Shown one piece after another: positions 1 through 9,144 of a stretch of 32,033 nucleotides of DNA. This stretch comes from Armatimonadota bacterium (GTDB taxonomy: Bacteria > Armatimonadota > Zipacnadia > Zipacnadales > UBA5352): assembly GCA_034722055.1 (NCBI GenBank), contig JAYENL010000179.1, forward strand, positions 1-32,033, given 5' to 3'. Numbering within the stretch: the stretch's first letter is position 1; each line of letters opens with the position of its first letter. The position numbers and the translations under genes were made by a program. The notes under the pieces are model-generated. The model saw nothing but the letters and a program-made list of their open reading frames with translations. It was not told the origin of the DNA and ran no database searches.

Positions 1-252
1 CACCAAAGGCGGCTGGGACGAGGCTTTGCCATCTCTCGTAAGGCAGACCCAAGTCTTCCAGGAAGCTTCCTTCTCTCATGGTCCTGGCTCGTGCCTCTCG
101 TTCCCATGACGCGTTGGTGGCGCATACTGCGGCGGCTCTGGGCGCGCGATCACGCACTGCTTTGGCAGTTCCTCTTGCACCCTACGCCTGTATGGCGAGG
201 CCTGATGAGCTGGCAGCGAGGCTTCCGGGAAGGCGCGCAAGAACAGCCGTAG
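1..252 (+). CDS. Partial CDS (3' end), possibly a family-2 glycosyltransferase C-terminus
   Basis: Frame 1 is open from base 1 to TAG at 250-252 (HQRRLGRGFAISRKADPSLPGSFLLSWSWLVPLVPMTRWWRILRRLW...GLMSWQRGFREGAQEQP*). The amphipathic Trp/Arg-rich tail resembles GT2 C-termini, and it lies directly upstream of a flippase. Not in the ORF track because no start codon is in the window. Confidence 0.55.
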   Translation, partial: HQRRLGRGFAISRKADPSLPGSFLLSWSWLVPLVPMTRWWRILRRLWARDHALLWQFLLHPTPVWRGLMSWQRGFREGAQEQP

Positions 253-311
253 AGTGGCCCAGAGCGCTGGCGACCAACAATCGCCATTGCTGAGCATCAG
301 GAGTACTCATC

Positions 312-1751
312 TTGACGCACACTACAGATCGAGCAACAGCTCGGGGCGCGGTTCAGATACTCATCTCTGCCGCAATCTCGCTAGCCGCGGGACTGTTCCT
401 GCATGTGTTCCTTGCGAGGACGCTGCAACCCCAACTCTACGGCATCCTGGCGGTCGTAACCTCCGTCATCATCTGGTGGGAGGCCGCTGCCGCCAACTTG
501 ATTCGCGAGGCGACTGAGCGAGCGGTCGCGGCCGCTGGTGAGGCGTGGCGAGGGGTAGCGGGCACGTCACTTCAGGCGGCCCTGGCCACAAGTGTGCTGC
601 TCGCTGCGCTCTGTTGGGGCGTCGCATCCCTCCTCGCGGACGCGCTTGGCGATCAGCGTCTGACTGGCTACATCAGGCTAATGGCACTGGACATTCCGCT
701 CTACGTTCTTTGGTGGCAGTGGAGCTCCGTGCTGAATGGCCGGCGCCTCTATGGCAGGCGGGCACTCTCCCACATCGCGTACTGGGTGGCAAAGGCTGCA
801 CTGATGTGCGGCCTCGTCGCCCTGGGGTGGTCGGTCCGTGGGGCGATCATTGGGAGCATCTGTGCATCGGTAGTGGGACTCGTCGTGGCATGGGGGTTGG
901 CGGGCGTTGGTCTGCCTGCGGCTCGGTTCCCGGTGCGCGAACTCCTCGTGTTCGGGGCGCCCCTGATGGCCCTCGCCATTGCAGACCGCCTCATGATTAG
1001 CATGGACCTGTGGTTCGTGAAGGCTGTGATCCCCGATCCTGACGCTGCAGGCGTCTACGGCATCGCGAAGTACGTGTTCCAGGCCGCCATAATGCTGTCA
1101 TTGACCGTGTGCGGCGCCGCATTCCCGACCCTCACCCGGGCGATCGAGAGTGGCAACGATCAGTCCATTGAGGAACTGATCCAGCAGTCAAGCCGCTTCG
1201 TCATCCTGCTGACGGCGCCCATCATGGCGATCATGGCGTGCTGCGGCAGACAGATCGTGACCGTTGTGTTCGGGGGCGCCTACGCGGCGTCGGCACCCGC
1301 CATCACGATCCTCGTGGGCGCCGCGCTTCTGTTCGGCCTCCGGCTGGTCGCCAACACCACGCTGATTGCCGGGAACCGTCCCGGCTTGGTGCTCGCGATC
1401 TCGGCGCCACTGGTCCCGCTGAACATCTGGCTGAACTACGTGCTTGTCTCATCGCATGGACTTGTCGGCGCAGCAACGGCGACCGGAGTCACGTTTCTGT
1501 GCGCGGCAGCGGCTGTGTGGTTTTTTGTCTGGCGACGATTCGAGGTGCTTCCCTTTCCGATTTCCGCGCTTCGGGTCGGCATAGCCGCTGCTGCGATCTA
1601 CGGACTCGGGCTACTTCTCCCGGCGGAGGGCTGGCTGGCTCTGCTCGAGGCGGTCGGTCTGGGCGGGCTCTACTTGGTTATTCTCGGGATCCTGAGAGAG
1701 TTGACCGCTCGGGACCTGGAGCCACTGCTCTTCTGGCGTGGGGCCAGATAG
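312..1751 (+). CDS. Oligosaccharide/polysaccharide flippase (Wzx, MOP superfamily)
   Basis: 479 aa with many hydrophobic segments. Wzx-like signatures LARTLQPQLYG, DLWFVK...AGVYGIA, FPTLTR, LNIWLNYVLV..HGLVGAATAT. TTG start with AGGAG at 299-303. Confidence 0.88.
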   Translation: MTHTTDRATARGAVQILISAAISLAAGLFLHVFLARTLQPQLYGILAVVTSVIIWWEAAAANLIREATERAVAAAGEAWRGVAGTSLQAALATSVLLAALCWGVASLLADALGDQRLTGYIRLMALDIPLYVLWWQWSSVLNGRRLYGRRALSHIAYWVAKAALMCGLVALGWSVRGAIIGSICASVVGLVVAWGLAGVGLPAARFPVRELLVFGAPLMALAIADRLMISMDLWFVKAVIPDPDAAGVYGIAKYVFQAAIMLSLTVCGAAFPTLTRAIESGNDQSIEELIQQSSRFVILLTAPIMAIMACCGRQIVTVVFGGAYAASAPAITILVGAALLFGLRLVANTTLIAGNRPGLVLAISAPLVPLNIWLNYVLVSSHGLVGAATATGVTFLCAAAAVWFFVWRRFEVLPFPISALRVGIAAAAIYGLGLLLPAEGWLALLEAVGLGGLYLVILGILRELTARDLEPLLFWRGAR

Positions 1752-1802
1752 GACCTACAAGAGACGCCTACCACGCTCGGCGACATCAGGAACAGGCCTG
1801 GC

Positions 1803-2765
1803 TCAATCCCCACTGAGGGCGTCCTCGTCTTGATCCCACCCGCGGTCCTCACGGATCAGACGCCAAAAGAGGGGGCACTCCTCGGGATTCCGCGATTCCC
1901 GCATGCGCCTCCATGCGCTTCCCAGGGGGTGGGTAGCTTCGAAGATAGGGCGCGCGACCTTGTCGAGGAGTGCGAGCTGCCACGGGGAGATGATCTCTCT
2001 GCGCTCACGGTTGCTCTTGAAGCTGGTGTTCCTGGGGAACTGCCGCTCGAGCATCTGAGGCGAATACTCCAACCCAAGATAGGAGCAGATACGCCGCGAG
2101 GCCGATTCGAAGTCGCCGACGACCTCTGAAAAGTCCAGCAGCAGGCCGTCCGCTTGTTCCACGATGCGTCTTATCTTCGGTCGCTGAGCGGCATACCTCA
2201 GTGTCTGGCTCAACGCGAACCGCTGCTGCCCGATCGAGAACCGTGCACTGCTCAGCTCGTTGCCTGTCACGCGCCTTCTCAGATGTGACTTCAGGACCCC
2301 CTCGAAGTCGCGCACAATACCGATGAACATGGGGGCGCTGTATGTCTCCCATAGCAGCGACAGGAAGCGCTCGAGGTCGCGCGGGTGATGGTAGAACCTC
2401 TCTTCCAGCTTCATCACCCAGTACGGCACGCCCTTGCGCGCTGCGAACTGATCCATCAGTGTCAGGAAGAAGTCGTAGAAGTCTCGTGGGCGGTGTGCGT
2501 AGAAGTAGTCCTTGTCGCCCTCGGCCAGCGTGAAGAAATCTCCGGACGAGTACAGCTCGAGGAAATGGACAAAGCGGCGCGTGTCAGTCAGGTCGCCCCA
2601 ATACTGCGCGTGTCGGAGTACCTGGCTCTCCTGGCATCCCCAGTGGAGTCTGTGTTGCGGTGCGCTCACCTGGGGATGCCGACAGAGGATGTTGCACAGA
2701 AGAGTAGTACCGCCCCTGTTCATCCCGACCACGAGGATCGGGTTGACGGCGGGCGTACCCTCCAT
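1803..2765 (-). CDS. PAPS-dependent sulfotransferase family protein
   Basis: N-terminal 5'-PSB loop ILVVGMNRGGTTLLCNILCRHPQV, 3'-PB-like FIGIVRDFEGVLKS, and C-terminal RRICSYLGLEYSPQML. Confidence 0.82.
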   Translation of the reverse strand: MEGTPAVNPILVVGMNRGGTTLLCNILCRHPQVSAPQHRLHWGCQESQVLRHAQYWGDLTDTRRFVHFLELYSSGDFFTLAEGDKDYFYAHRPRDFYDFFLTLMDQFAARKGVPYWVMKLEERFYHHPRDLERFLSLLWETYSAPMFIGIVRDFEGVLKSHLRRRVTGNELSSARFSIGQQRFALSQTLRYAAQRPKIRRIVEQADGLLLDFSEVVGDFESASRRICSYLGLEYSPQMLERQFPRNTSFKSNRERREIISPWQLALLDKVARPIFEATHPLGSAWRRMRESRNPEECPLFWRLIREDRGWDQDEDALSGD

Positions 2766-2915
2766 TGATGGGAGTCACCCTTTCGGAATCGAGGAATGAA
2801 CCTGCCTGGGGATACGTTTCCAGCCTGATCCGTATCTGCTGTGACGGCCCGGTGTGTTCCGTCACAGCATTCGGCAGATACCTTTGATGCCTGCGCAGGG
2901 CAGAGCTCCATCTCG

Positions 2916-3329
2916 CTAGAACTCGGGGACTGACGGTGGCGAGAGCCGCGCGCCGGGACACACGACGATCTGGCCGAGGTCGGAAGACTCGGCCTCAACC
3001 TCTATCTGCATTGCGCCACCAAGCATCGTGTAGCCGGCGCCATAGACATCCAGCCAGTGCTGCCCGACTGAGATGTTCTGGATCAGGAACTCGCCGTCAC
3101 TGCCAGTCGTGGCCGTCACGCTGCTGTCGATAGCGACTGTCGCGCCAGCGACTGGTTCGGCGTCAGGTACGGAGACAACTCGCCCCACCACGTCAGCAGT
3201 GCCCTCGGCAGGGCCTCCGCCGCTGGCTACGGTAGAGTCAGGGATGACGTCAACGCCAGCACAACCCGCAAGCCAGACAGTTATCGCGAGGATCACCAAG
3301 CAACTCGTACACCGTGCACCGTTGGCCAT
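2916..3329 (-). CDS. Lipoprotein with carboxypeptidase-regulatory-like (beta-sandwich) domain
   Basis: Signal peptide with lipobox LAGC; motif VVGRVV...EPVAGATVAI...ATTGSDGEF.I...G...L.V...GY; AAAGGA upstream of ATG. Confidence 0.75.
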   Translation of the reverse strand: MANGARCTSCLVILAITVWLAGCAGVDVIPDSTVASGGGPAEGTADVVGRVVSVPDAEPVAGATVAIDSSVTATTGSDGEFLIQNISVGQHWLDVYGAGYTMLGGAMQIEVEAESSDLGQIVVCPGARLSPPSVPEF

Positions 3330-3401
3330 CGCGTTTCAACATCCTTTCTGCTCCTGCATGATGTCGGGTGCAGATGGCGCCGGCGGTCTCTTGTCGTCGC
3401 C

Positions 3402-3410
3402 ATTATACCA
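3402..3410 (-). promoter_or_regulatory. Putative extended -10 promoter (TGGTATAAT) for the lipoprotein gene
   Basis: Minus strand reads ATGCTATGGTATAATGG, i.e. TGn plus perfect TATAAT, about 70 nt upstream of the start at 3329. Confidence 0.55.
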
Positions 3411-3823
3411 TAGCATGCGCCGCCTCTCATCTTGCCTCACAGTATCTTCACAGTACCTGCGGCCTGCCCCACAGCGAGGATCGAGCTACGTGTACTGAAG
3501 GTATCGGATCGAAGGGCCCTGCAATAGAGGTTCTCTCGTCAAGCGCAAGCGCTACCGGGGGAGCAGATCTCGTTCATCCTCGGCAAGGCAGAGGGCCGGT
3601 GATCGACACGCTCGAGTAGCTGGCGCCAACGCGCGACGTCGGACCGCATTCGCGGCGATACTCGTCCGGAGTTCACGGCGGGAGCGTTGCTCGAGGCATG
3701 AGGAGGAGGCAAACGCGTAGGGCGCGCACAGCTCGCCGAGTAGCTTACGCCACTGTGGGTCCCACAAGATGCTTCGCAGTTCTATCGAGGAAGGCGTAGT
3801 TGGCGAGCTTTGCGGGCTTGCTT

Positions 3824-5191
3824 TCAGCGCATTCGCACGGTCGTCAGGCCATGCGTCTGATCGCCGGTGGGAGCGTGGGCACAGACGCGGATGAGGTAGA
3901 GGCCGCCCGGCACCCGCGTGCCGCGGTCGCAGCGGCCATCCCAGGCCACCGTCTGCAGGCCCGCATCGCACTCCCGATCGGCGACGATTCGCTTGACGCT
4001 CCGCCCGGCGATGTTGAGCACGTCCACAGTCACTGTTCCGGCCGCCGAGAGCGTGAAGCTGATCTGCGCGCTATCGCCTGCAGGCTGTGCCGACACGCCC
4101 ATCACCTGCAGCATGTCCTCGCGCTCGCCGAGTTCGATCTCGAAGCGGCGCTGGCCCTCGCGGGCAGTATAGGTGTAGCCCGGCGCGTGGCGCAGGTCTA
4201 TCCGCTTGCCCGTCGCCAGGTCATTCAGCCACACGGCCATGTTTCCGGGGAGCTGCGAGCTGTCCACGATACGCAGGGAAACCTCCTCGTCTCTCGGCGA
4301 GTTGACCGCCAGCGTCCACGTATGGTCTCTGCCCTGCGGCACAAGCGATCGGGAGTAGCCGATGCCGTCCTGAACGTCCAGGTAGGCTCCGACCGCGCCA
4401 GGCCTCATGGGAGGCTTGGGCGTCTTCATGGCATTGTCGTCGGCAGTGGTGCCCAGCCACGTGCATACGTCCCTGCTGCTCTCGCTCTCCGCTGCAAGCT
4501 GCAGCCAGGTGCCCGGCGTGACGCTGCGGGACACATCGGTCAGGGACGCGCTCCCCGCTGACTCTGGCGGCGGTGGCGGAGTGAGCCGGAAGGTGGCACC
4601 GCCATGGTAGGTCGCGAGCGCCCAGAACGCATGACCGGCATAGGGCGTCTGGTGGCCGTCGTATGCATGCCCGTTCCACGAGTAGACGGGGGGGATGAAC
4701 CGGCCCTGGTTGTCCGGCACCAGGAACTCCAGGCCGATCTCGAACTCGAATGGATTCGCCAGCAGATTCCAGCCCTCCGCGATGGCGACCGAGGTGCTGG
4801 AGGGACCGTCCACAGGGATCTCCGCCGTCGTCTCCGTCCGGCTCAGCGCCCACAGGCCGTATCCCATGTACGCCGCCGCGGCCTCGTCACGACCGACCTC
4901 CCGGTACACGAAAGCTTCAGCGTCCCACCGGTAGAGGGCCAGCACGTCTGGTCCCAGCAGCTCTCCCAACGTCGCCTGCGGGTCGAGCGGCTCGCCGATG
5001 GAGATCATATTCCAGCCCGGAAGCAGACTCACGACCACGTCGCCGTCCAACTGATGTGGCCGAACAGCGTCTTGAGACGGAGCGGCCACAGTGCCGACCT
5101 CGCAGTGTGCTGCAGGCACCGCAACCGTTGAGGCAAACAGAAGCGAGCAGGCCATCAGGACGTGCCGATGTGGTGTATTTGCTGCACGCAT
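3824..5191 (-). CDS. Secreted protein consisting of signal peptide, two GWN repeats and a C-terminal FlgD-type Ig domain
   Basis: Start reassigned to ATG 5191 (GGAGG upstream; MRAANTPHRHVLMACSLLFASTVAVPAAHC signal). Repeats LLPGWNMIS and IAEGWNLLANPF. C-terminus ISFTLSAAGTVTVDVLNIAGRSVK...WDGRCDRGTRVPGGLYLIRV is FlgD_ig-like. Confidence 0.75.
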   Translation of the reverse strand: MRAANTPHRHVLMACSLLFASTVAVPAAHCEVGTVAAPSQDAVRPHQLDGDVVVSLLPGWNMISIGEPLDPQATLGELLGPDVLALYRWDAEAFVYREVGRDEAAAAYMGYGLWALSRTETTAEIPVDGPSSTSVAIAEGWNLLANPFEFEIGLEFLVPDNQGRFIPPVYSWNGHAYDGHQTPYAGHAFWALATYHGGATFRLTPPPPPESAGSASLTDVSRSVTPGTWLQLAAESESSRDVCTWLGTTADDNAMKTPKPPMRPGAVGAYLDVQDGIGYSRSLVPQGRDHTWTLAVNSPRDEEVSLRIVDSSQLPGNMAVWLNDLATGKRIDLRHAPGYTYTAREGQRRFEIELGEREDMLQVMGVSAQPAGDSAQISFTLSAAGTVTVDVLNIAGRSVKRIVADRECDAGLQTVAWDGRCDRGTRVPGGLYLIRVCAHAPTGDQTHGLTTVRMR

Positions 5192-5284
5192 GAACCATTC
5201 CTCCGTGGTGCGACCCCGCGTGTTCGCCCCGACAGGCTGCTTGCTGGTGCTGCGTGCCGGGGCTCCTGGCGCCGGGAACCGAGA

Positions 5285-5328
5285 AAGCCGGTGGGCCCGG
5301 GCGGCGCCTCCCCGAGGCCCACCGGCTT
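5285..5328 (-). terminator. Stem-loop after the pectate lyase-like gene (terminator-like)
   Basis: 13-bp inverted repeat AAGCCGGTGGGCC / GGCCCACCGGCTT about 20 nt after the stop at 5350; the minus strand ends in TTTCTC, a weak U-tract. Confidence 0.5.
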
Positions 5329-5349
5329 GATTCCCGTGAGCCGGCAGGT

Positions 5350-8300
5350 TCAGCGACGCACAGTCGTGGTCGTGATTGCGTGTGTCTGCTGCCCGTCGGC
5401 ACTGCGCGCTGTGATCTGGATAATGTAGCGGCCGTTCGCCACCTTCGTCCCGCGGTCGCTGCGCAGGTTCCACGACAGCGTGTTGGCCCCGCTCATGACG
5501 CTCTCCGCTCGAGCCAGGACTCGGATCGGGCGTCCCGCGATGTTCAGCACCCTCGCACTGACATCGCACTGCTTGGAGACGTTGTACTGCAGAGCCACCG
5601 CCTCCGGTCCCTGCGAGGCCGCCATTGCAGTGACGACGAGGCTCGCGTCGTCCTGCGGCACGACCTCGAGCTTGAAGCGCCTCTGGCCGCCGCTGTCCCC
5701 CGAGACATACCTGTAGCGACGCATGGTCCGAGCATAGACGCGCTTGTTGGCGTCGATATCGGTCAGATACACGCACATGTCATTCGGCACCTGGCTGAGG
5801 TCGGGCAGCCTGACGCTCACCTCAGCGTCGCACAGGTCAGTGGACACGACGAACTCCCAGCTCGCCGCCCCCACGCTGTTGCGTACGCACTGGGCCAGTT
5901 GCTGCCCATCCGCGCCGACGATGTACATGTCCACGCTCTCTGGAGCGGTGGGTGGATTGTAGATCTCAACCGGATCTGCGAGCATACTCGATGTGCCAAC
6001 GACCGTCGTGGTATCGCACCTGCCGCCGGCTTCGACCTCAATCGGCACCAGCCAGCCCCGGTCCCCGCCCACGGCGGACTGGGGAACGACCGCGCTGCTG
6101 GATGCAGCAGCGGTATCGGCGGACTGCGGCGGGTCCGGAGGGATGGGGTCTTCAGGCGGCGAGACCTCGAGCTTCGCCCGCCGGCCATGGTTATACATCC
6201 AGATGCCTTCCCATGGGAAGATGTCGTTCCGATCCACATTGGCCCCCGCGACGCTGGTGATGAGCAGGTAGTCACCGGCGTCGGCATCGTAGGCGAAGCC
6301 ATACGGATGCACGTGGGACGGCGCATTGCCCATGAGGTTCCCGAAGGGAAGGCCCGCCGCAAACATGTTCGCGACCATGTTCCATCCATGCTCGATTGTC
6401 AACGGGAAGAGCGCCCCGCTGCTGACTGGTACGCCGGGCACGCTCAGATCGCGTGCCGGCGACTTGAGGAAGAAGCCGCGTCCCGGCTGCACGGTCAGGA
6501 GGTCGCTGCTTCCGTCGGCGGCAAAGACGTATTTGTGCTGCTCCGGGTTCCACCGCGCAATCAGCTCAGTACCCCAGACGGTGGTCGGGTCGGTCTGCAG
6601 CGGCACGCACGGGACGCCGACGAAGCTGATTCCCTTTCGGAGACGATGCCGGAACACCTGGTGGGCCTTGAAATCCACGCCGGTCGCATCAGGCGGCACG
6701 GTCACTTTCTGGACTTGCGGCGTCACCACATGGCTGTCCTTGCTCGCGCTGATGGAGAGCTCTCCCGTCTGGACGACAGTCAGCGTGTACTGACCCTGGT
6801 CGTCGGTTAGGGCGGTCTGATCGCCGTCTGTGACCCCGACCCCGGGCACGGGCTCGTCGTTGGGATACAGGACGGTGCCCGACACAGTGTATGTCTTGCC
6901 AATGGTCACACTGGCCTCGCCCGTCTCGCCCGCGTCTGTTCCATCGCTGGGCGTGACGACCACACGCCACGTCTCGCCATCGCCGGTCAGGTCCGACGAC
7001 ACGGTGTCGCCCGTGAGGTCCTCCTGAAGCGTATCATCCCTGTACCAGGCGTATTCGTAGGTAACGGTGTCGTCGTCCGAGTCCGTGCTGCCCTCGACGC
7101 TCGCGACAAGGTCGTCCAAGGTGGTGGGTGAACCCGGAGTGATCGAGACCGTGGGGGCTGTTGGCGGGCTGTTCGCGATAGTGACCGACGCCTCGCCGGC
7201 ATCGCCGGTGGCGCTGCCATCCGACGGGGTGACAACCACCCGCCAGGTCTCGTCTCTCGCCGTCAGATCAGACGACACCGTGTCGCCGGTGACCTCGTCC
7301 TGCAGCTCGTCGTTCTTGTACCAGGCGTAGGTGAATGTCACGTCATCCCCGTCAGGATCGGTGCTTTCAGCCGTGACCACCAGGTCGTCTGATGTGGTGG
7401 GCGCGTCAGGGCTGATCGAAACCTCCGGCGCGGGTGGTGGGCTGTTATCTGAGTTGACGGTGATCGTGACCGTGTCCGGCACGGAGTTCAGCGATCCGTC
7501 ATTGACGACCAGGGTCACAACCGTCTCGCCGGAGGGAAGGCTGACTGTCGGGTTGACGCCGCTCGCTTCGTGGTCGTTCCCCTCCGCGTCCTGCCACGTC
7601 CAGCGGTAGGTGAGGGGATCGCCATCAGCATCGGAGGAACCCGAGCCATCCAGTTCCACCTCAGCCTCGGCGGAGCTGCCTGCACTGACCTCCTGGTCGG
7701 AGCCCGCATCGGCAGTGGGCTGATGGTTGCCCGGGGGCCCCTCTGGGACCAGCGAGTTGAGGTAGACCTCGACGTTGGTGTAGTCCGGATCAAGATCGTA
7801 CCGGGGCCCGTCGGACTCATCATTGGGATCCAGCCCGTGCTCCGTCTCCCAACTGTCCGGCATCCCATCATGGTCGCTGTCATCGGGCGGCGTGCCGTTC
7901 TCATACGTCAGCGTGGCCCAGTTTGCCGCCGCCATTGCCCGCTGACTGTTCTGGCCTGTGGGATAGCCTCCACGGTTGGTGCCGTCCCGGACCTCTGCCA
8001 CTATGCGCGTGTCAACTACATCACGCACGGGTACCGTAGCTCCAGCGTTCCCCAAGACAAGATCGTATGTCGTCTGGGGGTCATGCGTGGTCACGGGCGG
8101 CGTATCAAAGGGTACGAGAGACCTGTACATATTCTCATCGGCTATGTCCCAACCGTCACGCACTTCATGCCAGATAGGTTCGCCTTGAGCCACCCTGGGG
8201 CCGTAGATGTCGTCGATGTACAGCCTGAGCATTTCCGCAGGACGCAAGCACACGCAGTATCTGTGGAGGCGGCTCGTCTTGCCGACCTTCCAGTAGTTGC

Positions 8301-9144
8301 CGACAATGTTCACATGCACGTTCCCCAACAGGGCGCATCCATCATTCTGGACGTCGTAGACAACATTGCTCCGAATGTCGCCGACAGAGACGTCCCCTCC
8401 GCCCTGATTAAAGCGATCCTGAAAGACGGGATTCCGCATACCGTTATGCGCAAACAGATTGTGATGGATGGAGCTTTGGTGGGCGTACCACGCCAGTAAC
8501 GCTTTCATCGATTCGCTCAAAACGCACCACTGTACGGTCACATGTCTCGCCGGAACCGGATCAATCGAGTCCTTAGGAAGTGTTCTATGATAGCCTACAA
8601 GTTCATCTCCAGCCCAGGAGAAGGAGCAGTGATCCACGATGTTGTTGTACCCCTTCATTTCAAGGCAATCCCCCATACCCACTTCGCCTTGGCGTATTCG
8701 CAGATAGCGTATGATGCAGTTGCTGCGAACAGCTAACCCGCCCTTTATCACGATTCCGTCGCCTGGTGCTGTCTGACCTGCGATGGTGATGTCGGATTCA
8801 TAAGGGCCCCAGTTCTTGCGACTGCTATTCAGTAGAGGCTCGTTCAGCTCAATGACCCCTCCCACACGGAAGACAATGATGCGCGGACCAGAGACCTCCT
8901 CCAAGGCATAGCGGAGCGTGCCAGGCTCACCGGGTACCGGATCGTCGAGGCGCGTCACTTCGACTACCTGTCCACCCCTTCCGCCAGTTGCCTCAGCACC
9001 AAAGCCTTCCGCGCCGGGGAAGGCGGGCACCGCCGCAACTGGATTAGCGGCAATCAAGAGAGAGAGCAGGCACACGCTGACGCAGACAGTCCGTGGGAGG
9101 GTATGGCCAAATCCTGTGTGCGGAGTATCTTGCGTGGAAATCAT
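5350..9144 (-). CDS. Secreted multidomain pectate-lyase-like (PL1-type beta-helix) protein with PKD and Ig-like repeats and C-terminal FlgD-type Ig domain
   Basis: Start reassigned to ATG 9144 (AGGAGG upstream). AFPGAEGFGAEATGGRGG, GTLRYAL..GPRIIVFRVGG, TIAGQTAPGDG, IVDHCSFSWAGDE, HHNLFAHNGMRNP and DSDHDGMPDSWE are typical of this lyase clade. PKD-like NHQPTADAGSDQ...LDGSGSSDADGDPLTYRW follows. Confidence 0.85.
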   Translation of the reverse strand: MISTQDTPHTGFGHTLPRTVCVSVCLLSLLIAANPVAAVPAFPGAEGFGAEATGGRGGQVVEVTRLDDPVPGEPGTLRYALEEVSGPRIIVFRVGGVIELNEPLLNSSRKNWGPYESDITIAGQTAPGDGIVIKGGLAVRSNCIIRYLRIRQGEVGMGDCLEMKGYNNIVDHCSFSWAGDELVGYHRTLPKDSIDPVPARHVTVQWCVLSESMKALLAWYAHQSSIHHNLFAHNGMRNPVFQDRFNQGGGDVSVGDIRSNVVYDVQNDGCALLGNVHVNIVGNYWKVGKTSRLHRYCVCLRPAEMLRLYIDDIYGPRVAQGEPIWHEVRDGWDIADENMYRSLVPFDTPPVTTHDPQTTYDLVLGNAGATVPVRDVVDTRIVAEVRDGTNRGGYPTGQNSQRAMAAANWATLTYENGTPPDDSDHDGMPDSWETEHGLDPNDESDGPRYDLDPDYTNVEVYLNSLVPEGPPGNHQPTADAGSDQEVSAGSSAEAEVELDGSGSSDADGDPLTYRWTWQDAEGNDHEASGVNPTVSLPSGETVVTLVVNDGSLNSVPDTVTITVNSDNSPPPAPEVSISPDAPTTSDDLVVTAESTDPDGDDVTFTYAWYKNDELQDEVTGDTVSSDLTARDETWRVVVTPSDGSATGDAGEASVTIANSPPTAPTVSITPGSPTTLDDLVASVEGSTDSDDDTVTYEYAWYRDDTLQEDLTGDTVSSDLTGDGETWRVVVTPSDGTDAGETGEASVTIGKTYTVSGTVLYPNDEPVPGVGVTDGDQTALTDDQGQYTLTVVQTGELSISASKDSHVVTPQVQKVTVPPDATGVDFKAHQVFRHRLRKGISFVGVPCVPLQTDPTTVWGTELIARWNPEQHKYVFAADGSSDLLTVQPGRGFFLKSPARDLSVPGVPVSSGALFPLTIEHGWNMVANMFAAGLPFGNLMGNAPSHVHPYGFAYDADAGDYLLITSVAGANVDRNDIFPWEGIWMYNHGRRAKLEVSPPEDPIPPDPPQSADTAAASSSAVVPQSAVGGDRGWLVPIEVEAGGRCDTTTVVGTSSMLADPVEIYNPPTAPESVDMYIVGADGQQLAQCVRNSVGAASWEFVVSTDLCDAEVSVRLPDLSQVPNDMCVYLTDIDANKRVYARTMRRYRYVSGDSGGQRRFKLEVVPQDDASLVVTAMAASQGPEAVALQYNVSKQCDVSARVLNIAGRPIRVLARAESVMSGANTLSWNLRSDRGTKVANGRYIIQITARSADGQQTHAITTTTVRR
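6898..7446 (-). repeat. Intragenic tandem duplication of a ~91-aa Ig-like domain
   Basis: NSPPPAPEVSISPDAPTTSDDL...TGDTVSSDLTARDETWRVVVTPSDG...GEASVTI and NSPPTAPTVSITPGSPTTLDDL...TGDTVSSDLTGDGETWRVVVTPSDG...GEASVTI. Boundaries approximate. Confidence 0.85.

Noticed and set aside
78..293. 71-aa ORF listed at the window start
   Set aside because: Frame 1 (1-252) gives a more protein-like C-terminus that fits the operon context.
5254..6810. Long antisense or alternate-frame ORFs (e.g. 5254-6810, 12383-13612, 14214-15605, 20215-21774, 26627-27928, 30397-31698)
   Set aside because: Shadow ORFs expected from high-GC codon bias opposite well-supported genes; no recognisable motifs.
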